Notes under the pieces: generated by a model | The model's input: the letters and a program-made list of their open reading frames with translations, nothing else | Database searches by the model: none | What the model was told of the DNA's origin: nothing | Part shown: positions 37,146-45,803 of the stretch, piece by piece | Numbering within the stretch: position 1 is the stretch's first letter | How the letters are laid out: every line of letters starts with the position of its first letter | Translations under genes and position numbers: made by a program | NCBI GenBank assembly: GCA_963825525.1 | Contig: CAWGTN010000002.1 | Coordinates: forward strand, 1,088,001-1,152,000 | DNA length: 64,000 bases | Source: an uncultured Chloroflexia bacterium | GTDB taxonomy: Bacteria; Chloroflexota; Limnocylindria; QHBO01 | Direction: 5' to 3'

Positions 37146-38876
37146 TCAGGCGGCGGAGGACGCGAACTGCGGGTCGACCCAGGTGTCGACGTTGGCTCGG
37201 ACCTCGCTCTCGAGCCAGCGGTCGAACCCGTTGGTGCGGATCTGGGTCAACCGATCGTCCTCGATCTCACGGCTGTCACTGCGCTCCAGGAGCTTGTAGA
37301 TCCGGATGCCCTCCGCCCCGAGGTCGATCGGTTCGCTGATCTCACCGACCTCGTCGAGCGCGAAAACCGCCTCCTCGGCCGTCTGATCGAGCTGATATGG
37401 CGCTACCCATCCCAGCTCGCCGCCCTCGCGCGAGGTCGTGGGATCCTCGCTGAGGCGCGACGCCACCTCGGCGAACGTGTCGGGGTCGGCGCGCAGCTCT
37501 TCGACCAGGGCAGTTGCCTCGGCCTGCGGGCTCTCCCGTTCCCCGGTCTTCTGGATGATGTGATATCCGAATTCGCTCCGGACCGGATCGCTGAGCTCGC
37601 CGACCTCGAGCTCGGCAAGGGCCGATGCGAACTCCTCCACGAACCCGGGGGCCGCCGGGTCATACCAGCCGAGGTCTCCGCCGCGCGCACCCGACCCGGG
37701 GTCGTCGCTGTGCTCCTCCGCGATCGCGAACCAATCGGCATCGTCGGCAGCCAGCATGTCGTGCACCGACTCCGCCTCCTCGAGCGCGGCCGCCCATTGC
37801 TCGTCGGTCGCCACCGCGTCCTGCGCCGCATCCTCGGGCAGCGGGTTGATGAGGACGTGCCGCGCGCGCTCCTGCGGAATGATCCCCTGCGTCGGTGCAT
37901 TGATCACGATCTGCGCGATGCGCTGCTGCGCGGTGGGTGACGCAATCACGGATTCGGCGAAATGATCCCGGAATCCATCGACCAGGAGCTGATCACGAAC
38001 GTAGGACCGATACGACGACGCGTCGATGCCCTGCCGCGCAAGGAGCTCAGGCAGCGGGCCCTCTGCCGCCGCCTCGCGCCGTCCGAGGACCTCGAGGACG
38101 GCATAGCCGCGATCGGTCTCCACCGGGCCAACGAGGTCGCCGACCTCGGCGTCGCCGATCGCGGTGAAGTAGACGCCGTACGCGGTGTCATCGGCCGCAA
38201 ACCAGCCCAGGACGCCGCCCCCGGCCGCCGTGAAGTCGTCGCTGACGTCGGTCACCACGGTCGCGAAGTCCTCGCCGCCGTCGACCCGGTCGAGCGCCGC
38301 CTGCGCCTCCTGCTTCGCCGCGTCGAGCTGTGCCTGGGTCGGCTCGGCATCGGGCTCCGCGTCCTCCGGCAGCGCCTCGACCAGGATGAGCCGGGCACGC
38401 ACCATTGCCCCGAGCGCGTAGCGTTCGGCAATGGCGGCGTCGACGTCCTCGTCGCTGACCGACACGTCGAACGCATCGGCCTGGGCCGCCAGCACGGCGC
38501 TCTCGACCAGCGAGTCGGCGGCCGTCGTCTCCAGGCTGGAGAACTGAAGGCTGAGCTGGTCGATCTGCTGCTGGATGATCTGATCGCGCGCTCCGCCCAG
38601 CTGGCTCTGCAGCTCCGCGATGGTGGCCGATGTCTCCGCGACCAGGATGCGCTGACGCTCCGCCAGGTCCGAGCGGTCATACATCTGGCCGTCGACGGCC
38701 GCCACCGGGCGGAAGTGGGCCTCCCAGTAGCCGCTCCAGGCCGCGGCGCCGAAGATGCCGAGGGCGAGGGCGATCGCGATGGCGAAGGCGACGACGGTGA
38801 GCTGCTGCGTGCGCAGCTCATCCTGCCAGCGCGGGCGATGCTTGCGGTCGAGAACGGGTCGGGATCGAAAGCTCAT
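37146..38876 (-). CDS. Membrane-anchored PrsA/SurA-like foldase with multiple parvulin (rotamase) domains
   Basis: N-terminal TM, SurA-N-like region, RARHVLI, SDDPGSGARGGDLGW, VRSEFGYHII, SEDPTTSREGGELGW. Very acidic. Confidence 0.85.
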   Translation of the reverse strand: MSFRSRPVLDRKHRPRWQDELRTQQLTVVAFAIAIALALGIFGAAAWSGYWEAHFRPVAAVDGQMYDRSDLAERQRILVAETSATIAELQSQLGGARDQIIQQQIDQLSLQFSSLETTAADSLVESAVLAAQADAFDVSVSDEDVDAAIAERYALGAMVRARLILVEALPEDAEPDAEPTQAQLDAAKQEAQAALDRVDGGEDFATVVTDVSDDFTAAGGGVLGWFAADDTAYGVYFTAIGDAEVGDLVGPVETDRGYAVLEVLGRREAAAEGPLPELLARQGIDASSYRSYVRDQLLVDGFRDHFAESVIASPTAQQRIAQIVINAPTQGIIPQERARHVLINPLPEDAAQDAVATDEQWAAALEEAESVHDMLAADDADWFAIAEEHSDDPGSGARGGDLGWYDPAAPGFVEEFASALAELEVGELSDPVRSEFGYHIIQKTGERESPQAEATALVEELRADPDTFAEVASRLSEDPTTSREGGELGWVAPYQLDQTAEEAVFALDEVGEISEPIDLGAEGIRIYKLLERSDSREIEDDRLTQIRTNGFDRWLESEVRANVDTWVDPQFASSAA

Positions 38877-38993
38877 CGGTTCACGGTCATGCGGCGGCTC
38901 GGCTGCGGCCCTCGCGGCCGCCGGGCGGGGCGAGGCGCCATGCTAGCGGATGCCGTGGCCGGGCGCACGAACGACGGCATGCGCCGGAGCCGG

Positions 38994-39779
38994 CTATCGG
39001 CGGCGGAGGGCATCGCGAATCGCACGAAGCCGAAGCTGCACGACGAGCATCATCGCTTCGCCCACGATGCCGCCGCTCATCTTCGACGAGCCGGCCACCC
39101 GCTCGCGGAAGATGATCGGCACCTGCACGATGCGGGCACCGCGCCGGTGGGCCCACCAGGTGGTCTCGATCTGGAAGCCGTACCCGGAGCCGGCAGACTC
39201 GCGCAGCCGCACCGACTCGAGAGTCTCGCGCCGCCACGCCTTGAAGCCACCTGTCAGGTCGCGGTACGGAAGCAGGAGCACGGTGCGTGCGAACAGGGTC
39301 CCTCCGCGGCTGATGAGCTTGCGGTACCAGGGCCAACCGACCGTGTCGCCGCCGGGCATGTAGCGAGTGCCGAGGACGAGGTCCGCATCGCGCATGAGGG
39401 GCTCGAGGAGCCGGGGGAGCGCCGCCGGATCGTGACTGAAGTCCGCGTCCATCTGCACGATGGCGCGAGTGTCCGAGCGGGCCAGGACCCAGGCAAACGC
39501 TTCGCGGTAGGCGACCCCCAGACCCTGCTTGGCCGCGCGATGCAGCACGGTGACGCGGGACTCGCGCGACGCAATCGTGTCGGCGAGCTCGCCGGTGCCA
39601 TCCGGCGAGGCATCGTCCACCACGAGCAGCGACGCCTCCGGCAGTGCGCTCAGGATCGCCGCCGCGAGCGGTTCGAGATTGTCCCGCTCGTTGTAGGTGG
39701 GCAGGACGACCCAGGTGCCCCGGCCGGCGGCCAGCCCGACCCCCGGCGTCTCGGGCGGGTCAGCGCCCGATGCCGACAT
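38994..39779 (-). CDS. Polyprenol-monophosphate glycosyl (mannose) synthase, GT2 (Ppm1/DPM1-like)
   Basis: LPTYNERDNL, VDDASPDGTG, QMDADFSHDP, DLTGGFKAW, GYGFQIE, FRERVAGSSKM. Confidence 0.88.
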   Translation of the reverse strand: MSASGADPPETPGVGLAAGRGTWVVLPTYNERDNLEPLAAAILSALPEASLLVVDDASPDGTGELADTIASRESRVTVLHRAAKQGLGVAYREAFAWVLARSDTRAIVQMDADFSHDPAALPRLLEPLMRDADLVLGTRYMPGGDTVGWPWYRKLISRGGTLFARTVLLLPYRDLTGGFKAWRRETLESVRLRESAGSGYGFQIETTWWAHRRGARIVQVPIIFRERVAGSSKMSGGIVGEAMMLVVQLRLRAIRDALRRR

Positions 39780-41037
39780 ACGCAATCCCTGCAGCGTCGA
39801 ATGGGGCGCGATCCACGGCATTCCGGCCATCCACGAACAGCTCGAGCTCCGGGATCAGGCGTGGATCGAGGGTGCGGTAGGCATCATGGTCCGCCTGGAG
39901 CACCACGACGCTCGCCGGCTCCGGGTGCTCGAGGTCGTAGGGCTCGAACCCCACGCTTCGCAGGTGGTCGCTGTCGTAGTACGGATCATGTCCGTAGACT
40001 CGCGCACCGGCCGCCAGCAGCTCGTCGCGAAGGCGGAAGGCGGAGCTGAAGGCGTCCTCGCGGACGTCACCGCGATACGCGACGCCGAGGACGAGGACGT
40101 TCCGGCCATCCAGCGATCCGATGCGATCCTCGATGGTATCGACGGCGAATGCGCCCATCCCCTCGTTGATCTCGCGCGCCAGCGGCGGAATCCGCAGCTC
40201 CGGGTCATCGTTGAACAGAAAGTGCGGATAGACCGGGATGCAGTGGCCGCCGACACCAACGCCGGGCTGGTGAATGTGGCTGTACGGCTGCGAGTTGGCG
40301 GCATCGATGACCTCCGTGACGTTGATGCCGTTGCGAGCGGCGAACTGGGCCAGCTCGTTGGCGTAGGCGATGTTCACGTCGCGGTAGGTCGTCTCGGCCA
40401 GCTTCGTCATCTCGGCTGTCTCCGCCGACGCCACCGCCCGGACCTCCGTCCCGGGATCAAGCGCGGCGCGGTAGAACTCGGCCGCGCGACGCGTGCTCTC
40501 GTCGCTCGTCCCGCCCACGATCTTCGGATAGCGCCCAAGGTCCAGGAACACGCGTCCCACCAGCACCCGTTCGGGACTGAACGCGAGGAAGAGATCCTCG
40601 TCCAGCGTCCGGCCGCTGCCAGCGGCCAGCATCGGCCCGAACCGCTTGCGGGTGGTGCCGACCGGCAGGGTGGTCTCGTACACCACCAGCGCGTGCTCTC
40701 CCAGGTTGGCGGCGATGTCGCGGGTGGCCGCGTCGATCGGGCCGAAGTCGATCTGTCGGTCGGCATCGACCACCACCGGGACGATGACCACCACGACCTC
40801 CGCATCGGAGAACCCGCTCGCATCGGCCCAGGTCGTGGCGCGCAGCTTGCCGGCGGCCACCAGGCCGGGAACCCGGTCGATGAGCGCCTGTTCGTCCCTG
40901 TGTGGCGACTCGCCACGATTGAGGGTGTCGACGATCCGCGAATCGACGTCGACGCCCAGCACGTCATGTCCACGCGACGCGTACTGGACCGCCAGCGGCA
41001 ACCCGATGTGACCCAGCCCGACCACGGCGACCCTCAT
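39760..41037 (-). CDS. UDP-GlcNAc 6-dehydrogenase (WbpA-like)
   Basis: GLGHIGLPLA, FSPER, KLAETTYRDVNIA, GVGGHCIP. Clustered with wbpB/E/I/D-like genes. Confidence 0.85.
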   Translation of the reverse strand: MRVAVVGLGHIGLPLAVQYASRGHDVLGVDVDSRIVDTLNRGESPHRDEQALIDRVPGLVAAGKLRATTWADASGFSDAEVVVVIVPVVVDADRQIDFGPIDAATRDIAANLGEHALVVYETTLPVGTTRKRFGPMLAAGSGRTLDEDLFLAFSPERVLVGRVFLDLGRYPKIVGGTSDESTRRAAEFYRAALDPGTEVRAVASAETAEMTKLAETTYRDVNIAYANELAQFAARNGINVTEVIDAANSQPYSHIHQPGVGVGGHCIPVYPHFLFNDDPELRIPPLAREINEGMGAFAVDTIEDRIGSLDGRNVLVLGVAYRGDVREDAFSSAFRLRDELLAAGARVYGHDPYYDSDHLRSVGFEPYDLEHPEPASVVVLQADHDAYRTLDPRLIPELELFVDGRNAVDRAPFDAAGIAYVGIGR

Positions 41038-42092
41038 GCCAGTGCCTCCGACAGCGCGGTGCCGGAAATCGCCTCACCGGAGTTCGCGGACTCGACCATC
41101 TTGCGGGCGAGCAGCAGGGCGACCATGGCATCGTGCGGCTCGACCGGCGGCGGACCGCCATCGCGGACGGCCCGGGCGAACTCATCGAGCTCCACGGCCA
41201 GCGGCTCCGCGCGGCGGATCGACCGCCGGGTCATCTCGCCCTCCGCCACCGAGTTGATCGGCGTCCCGAAGCCATCGGCGCCGCGATTCTGCCAGGTCCG
41301 ATCAGCATCCGGGTTGGCGTAGAAGTCGAGGTGCTGGGCGATGTAGTCGGCGACGTAGAAGCCGCGCTCGCCGGTGACCGTCAACGTCCTGCGCTTGGTT
41401 GCCGTGAGCCAGTTGATGTTGAGAATGCCGATCACTCCGTTCTCGAACTTCATGATGCCGTTGAAGAGATCCTCGTGCTCGGTATGAATTCGCCGCTCGG
41501 CCTCCGCGAAGATGCGGATCGGCTCGGAGCCGATGAGGTAGCGCATGACGTCCAGGTCGTGCGGCGCCAGGTCCACCACGACCCCGACGTCGCGAATCCG
41601 CGCCGGGAACGGCCCCAGGCGGGTGGCGCTGATCTGGAAGATCCGGCCCAGCTCGCCATCCGCGAGGCGCCGATGAAGCTCTCGAATGGCCGGGTTGAAG
41701 CGCTCGATATGGCCGACAGTCAGCATTCGATCGGCCACGCCGGCCGCGTCAATCATGCGCATCGCCTCGTCTCGCGTCGCGGCGATCGGCTTCTCGACCA
41801 GGACGTTGGCACCGGCCCCCAGCGCGGCCAGCGTCACCGGCAGGTGCAGGCTGGTGGGCGCCACGATGCTCACGAGGTCCAGGCCCTCCTCGGCCAGCAT
41901 GCGCTCCGGGTCCTGATAGCCTCGCGCGCGTCGCCCGGCCGTCGCGCGTGCGACCGCCGACTCGTCCGGGTCGGCCACGGCGACCAGCTCGACGCCGTCG
42001 ACCGCCTCGTCCCACACCCGCACGTGATTCCGGCCCATCATGCCGAGGCCGATGACGCCGGCACGCAGGGTCGGCAGGCTGGCGGACGTCAT
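41034..42092 (-). CDS. Gfo/Idh/MocA oxidoreductase, UDP-GlcNAcA 3-dehydrogenase (WbpB/WlbA-like)
   Basis: GLGMMGRNH, VEKP, GHIERFNPA, DLAPHDLD; gene context. Confidence 0.78.
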   Translation of the reverse strand: MTSASLPTLRAGVIGLGMMGRNHVRVWDEAVDGVELVAVADPDESAVARATAGRRARGYQDPERMLAEEGLDLVSIVAPTSLHLPVTLAALGAGANVLVEKPIAATRDEAMRMIDAAGVADRMLTVGHIERFNPAIRELHRRLADGELGRIFQISATRLGPFPARIRDVGVVVDLAPHDLDVMRYLIGSEPIRIFAEAERRIHTEHEDLFNGIMKFENGVIGILNINWLTATKRRTLTVTGERGFYVADYIAQHLDFYANPDADRTWQNRGADGFGTPINSVAEGEMTRRSIRRAEPLAVELDEFARAVRDGGPPPVEPHDAMVALLLARKMVESANSGEAISGTALSEALA

Positions 42093-43195
42093 CCCTGACC
42101 CGCGCTCGGCTCGATCGGACCCAGGGTCCGTGCCGTGGCGTTGACCGCCTCGATGACCGCGGAAACCTCGTCATCGGTCAGGCTGGGATGCACCGGGATC
42201 GACAGGACCTCCCCGGTCAGGCGATCGGTCACCGGGAGGTCGGCATCGCCATAGCCCATGGCGATGAACGGCTTCTGGCGATGAACCGGGATCGGGTAGT
42301 AGATGCCGCTTCCCACACCACGTTCGCGGAGCGCATCGGCAAACGCGTCGCGCTCACGCACGCGGATCGTGTACTGGTGATAGACGTGGGTCACGCCGGG
42401 TCGGGACCGCGGAACCGCCACGCCCTCGAGCTCGGCGTCGTAGCGTGCCGCGATCTGGCGGCGACGCTCGTTATTGGCGGGGAGCTTCTGGAGCTGGGCC
42501 AGGCCGATCGACGCGGCGATATCGGTCATTCGGAAGTTGTAGCCCACGATGTCGTGGTGATACCGGACATTCATGCCGTGCTCACGCAGCAGCCGGACGC
42601 GAGCGGCCAGCTCCGCGTCATCGGTCGTCATGGCCCCGCCCTCGCCGGTCGTCATGTTCTTGGTCGGGTAGAAGCTGAACGTGCCGGCGCCCCAGGTGCC
42701 GGACCGCCGGTCACCGATGGAGGCGCCATGGGCCTGGCAGGCGTCCTCGATCACCGCAAGGCCGTGGCGCTCGGCGATCTCGGCGATTGCCGTCATGTCG
42801 GCCGGCTGGCCGTACAGGCTGACCGGCATGATGGCCTTCGTGCGCGGCGTGATGGCGGCCTCGATGCGGGCGGGGTCGATGCAGAAGTCACGCTCGTCGA
42901 TGTCGACCAGTACCGGGCGCGCTCCGGTGTACAGGATGCTGTTCGCGCTCGCGATGAAGGTGAATGAGACGGTGATGACCTCGTCCTCGGCGCCGATGCC
43001 GTAGCCGAGCAGGGCAAGGTGGAGCGCCGTGGTCCCGGAGCTGGTCGCCACGGCGTGCTCGACGCCGATGTAGGCGGCGAAGGCCTCCTCGAACTCGCGT
43101 ACGCGAGGGCCCTGGGCCAGCGACCCGGAGTCCAGCGCCTGCCAGACTCGCTCCTTCTCTTCCTCCCCCATCTGGGGACGCGCGATCGGGATCAC
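42089..43195 (-). CDS. DegT/DnrJ/EryC1/StrS aminotransferase (WbpE/WlbC-like)
   Basis: SSGTTALH, EDACQAHG, FSFYPTKNMTTGEGG, GYNFRM, IYYPIPVH. Confidence 0.88.
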   Translation of the reverse strand: MIPIARPQMGEEEKERVWQALDSGSLAQGPRVREFEEAFAAYIGVEHAVATSSGTTALHLALLGYGIGAEDEVITVSFTFIASANSILYTGARPVLVDIDERDFCIDPARIEAAITPRTKAIMPVSLYGQPADMTAIAEIAERHGLAVIEDACQAHGASIGDRRSGTWGAGTFSFYPTKNMTTGEGGAMTTDDAELAARVRLLREHGMNVRYHHDIVGYNFRMTDIAASIGLAQLQKLPANNERRRQIAARYDAELEGVAVPRSRPGVTHVYHQYTIRVRERDAFADALRERGVGSGIYYPIPVHRQKPFIAMGYGDADLPVTDRLTGEVLSIPVHPSLTDDEVSAVIEAVNATARTLGPIEPSAGQG

Positions 43196-44301
43196 GTTGC
43201 GGTTGCCTCCTGGGCTGCGGGCGCGGTTCGATGATGGCGACGCTCGAGTGCGTCCACGATGCGGTCCGAGGCTCGGCCATCACCGTAGAGCGCGGGGCGT
43301 GGTCGTGAACGGTCCATGAATGCAGGATCGGCGAGGGCTGCTGCGAGCGCACGAGGGTCCGCGTCGACGACGCGGTTCCAGCCGGCGCGCACGGTCTCGA
43401 CCCATTCTGTTTCAGAGCGGAGCGTGATGCACGGCACGCCCGACAGGTAGGCCTCCTTCTGGACGCCACCGGAGTCGGTGGCGATGGCATGCGCTCGCGC
43501 CTCGAGCGCCACCATCTGAAGGTATCCGACCGGCTCGATCGGGATGACGTTGGCCGGCAGTGGACCCACCGTTGCGAGGAGCGCTCGCGTCCGCGGGTGC
43601 ACGGGAAAGATCACCGGCAGATCGATGGCCAGGCCCTCCAGGATCGGCGCGAAACGGCGAGGATCATCGACGTTCTCGGCGCGATGCATGGTGAGGAGCA
43701 CGAACCGGTCCAGGCCCCTGGCCACCTCGGGGAGATGGTCGTCCGAGCGGGCGGAGGCCCAGGCATGGGCGTCGACCATCACGTCTCCCACGAGCTCGGC
43801 GCGATCCTCGAGCCCCTCGCGACCGAGGTGCTCCATCGCCGTCTCGGTGGGCGCCAGGAGCACATCGGACAGGTGGTCGGCGACGATCCGATTCCGCTCC
43901 TCCGGCATCCGCGGATTGAACGAGCGCAGGCCGGCCTCGACGTGCGCCAGCCATGGCCGGCGATCGTCGGGGTACGCGAGCTTCGACGCGACGACCGCCG
44001 CGGCCAGCGTGGAGTTCGTGTCGCCGTAGACCATGACCCCATCCGGCTGATGCTCGAGCATGATCGGCTCGAGACGGCGCAACATCTCGCCCGTCATCAC
44101 GCCGTGGGTACCGCTGCCGACCTCCAGGTTGACGTCCGGCGCCGGAATCTCGAGGTCGCGGAAGAACGCGGCGCTCATGGCGTCGTCGTAGTGCTGGCCG
44201 GTGTGGACCAGGATCTCGGTGTGCCGAGCACGGAGCGCACGGCTGACGGGGGCCGCCTTGACGAACTGCGGCCGCGCGCCGACGACGGTGAGGACCCTCA
44301 C
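43192..44301 (-). CDS. Non-hydrolysing UDP-hexNAc 2-epimerase (WbpI/WecB family)
   Basis: VVGARPQFVK, HTGQHYD, YGDTNSTLA, HVEAGLRSF..RMPEE.NR, TDSGGVQKEAY, RSETEWVET (WbpI-type). Confidence 0.88.
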   Translation of the reverse strand: MRVLTVVGARPQFVKAAPVSRALRARHTEILVHTGQHYDDAMSAAFFRDLEIPAPDVNLEVGSGTHGVMTGEMLRRLEPIMLEHQPDGVMVYGDTNSTLAAAVVASKLAYPDDRRPWLAHVEAGLRSFNPRMPEERNRIVADHLSDVLLAPTETAMEHLGREGLEDRAELVGDVMVDAHAWASARSDDHLPEVARGLDRFVLLTMHRAENVDDPRRFAPILEGLAIDLPVIFPVHPRTRALLATVGPLPANVIPIEPVGYLQMVALEARAHAIATDSGGVQKEAYLSGVPCITLRSETEWVETVRAGWNRVVDADPRALAAALADPAFMDRSRPRPALYGDGRASDRIVDALERRHHRTAPAAQEATAT

Positions 44302-44897
44302 CCGCCGCCCCGCGCTTCGATGGTTGCCCCGCAGCGTGGGCATGGCCCGCTGAACGGGACGCCGTCCTCATCATCTCGCAATGCCTGGCCGCAGCGGCAG
44401 GCCGTCCCCAGCCGCCGCGCCGGATTCCCGACGACCAGCTCGTGATCGGCGACGTCGCGCGTCACGACGCTGCCGGATCCGACCATGGCCCACGCGCCGA
44501 TCGTGACGCCGGGCAGGATCGTGCTGTTGGCGCCCAGGGCGGCACCGTGGCGGACGAGAATCGGCCCGACCACCCAGTCGTCGTCGGACTTCAGGCTTCC
44601 ATCGGCATTGATGGCGCGCGGCAGTCGATCATTGGTGAAGCAGACGTGCGGACCGATGAAGACGCCATCCTCGACGGTCACCCCGTGATAGAGGCTGACG
44701 TTGTTCTGCACCTTGCATCGGTCGCCGATGACGACGCCGGCGTCCACGTACACGTTCTTCCCGATGATGCAGTCGGCGCCGATCCGGGCGCGCTCGCGCA
44801 CCTGGGCCTGGTTCCAGATGCTCGTTCCCGGACCGATCATCGCGTCGGCCGACACGTCGGCCGTGGCGTGGACGCGCACGTTCGTACGCTCGGTCAT
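44298..44897 (-). CDS. Hexapeptide-repeat N-acetyltransferase (WbpD/WlbB-like)
   Basis: IGPGTSIW, CKVQNNVSLY.GV.VEDGVFIGP.VCFTND, VGNPAR, C-terminal CRC...CPRC. Confidence 0.85.
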   Translation of the reverse strand: MTERTNVRVHATADVSADAMIGPGTSIWNQAQVRERARIGADCIIGKNVYVDAGVVIGDRCKVQNNVSLYHGVTVEDGVFIGPHVCFTNDRLPRAINADGSLKSDDDWVVGPILVRHGAALGANSTILPGVTIGAWAMVGSGSVVTRDVADHELVVGNPARRLGTACRCGQALRDDEDGVPFSGPCPRCGATIEARGGG

Positions 44898-44933
44898 GTG
44901 ATCTCCTTGGGCGGCGCCCATTCTACTGTGGCG

Positions 44934-45788
44934 TCAGCCCTGGCTGAAGTCGAGCACCACGAGGAGTCGCTCGATCGTTGACATGTCGAATGCCGGACGC
45001 ACGAATGCGGTCTGGGTCAGGGCGTTCGGGTCCGGCTCGACCGCCTGGATCTGACCGATGAGGAGCCCACCCGGATATCGGCTCGACGCGTCGTCGAAGG
45101 TGAGGCCGGCGCTGACCACGCTGCCGCCGACCGGAAGCGCCTCGGTGATCGGCACATTGACCATGATGAGCTGTCCGCCCGGCTGCCCGCGGACCTCGCC
45201 CAGGGCGCGGGTCGACTGCTCGAGCGCGATGACGACCGAGCGGGTGTCGACCACCAGCTGGACCCGCGCCGTGTCGTCGGTGACGGCGACCACGGTCCCG
45301 GCCAGTGCCCCCGCGCCGTCGGCGTTCCCGACCACGGGCATGCCCACGCGCAGCCCGTCGCTCGAGCCGGCATCGATCCCCACCTCCCAGGCCAGGTTGG
45401 AGGGGTCCCGGCTGATGACCCGCACGGGCAGCAGGTCCATCTCGAGCGCCCGACCGATGCCGAGCAGCTGGCGAAGCTCGTTGTTCTCGCGGGATGCCTC
45501 CGTCAGCTCGGCGATCCGCTGCTCGGCGCCGGACAGCTCGCGACGCAACCGATCGTTCTCGGACCGCAGCCGGTCGATCTCACCGACGGCACCCACCAGC
45601 CCCGCCACGCCCTCGCCGATGCCGGTCAGGGTGCCGCGGACTGGATCGAGCGCGCGGGTGGTCGCGCGCTGGAGAGCCAGGGCGGGCTCGGTCGAGCTGG
45701 CGAGAAGCATCAGCAGGCTCGCGATCGTGAATCCGGCGAACCACAGTCCGCTCCGACGCCGCCGATTCGGGCTGGGTGGCCCGTACAT
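44934..45788 (-). CDS. mreC: Rod shape-determining protein MreC
   Basis: TM + coiled coil (ENDRLR, ENNELRQLLG) + beta domains (IDAGSSDG, YPGGLLIG). Follows mreB. Confidence 0.85.
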   Translation of the reverse strand: MYGPPSPNRRRRSGLWFAGFTIASLLMLLASSTEPALALQRATTRALDPVRGTLTGIGEGVAGLVGAVGEIDRLRSENDRLRRELSGAEQRIAELTEASRENNELRQLLGIGRALEMDLLPVRVISRDPSNLAWEVGIDAGSSDGLRVGMPVVGNADGAGALAGTVVAVTDDTARVQLVVDTRSVVIALEQSTRALGEVRGQPGGQLIMVNVPITEALPVGGSVVSAGLTFDDASSRYPGGLLIGQIQAVEPDPNALTQTAFVRPAFDMSTIERLLVVLDFSQG

Positions 45789-45803
45789 CTCGCGCCGCCC
45801 GAA

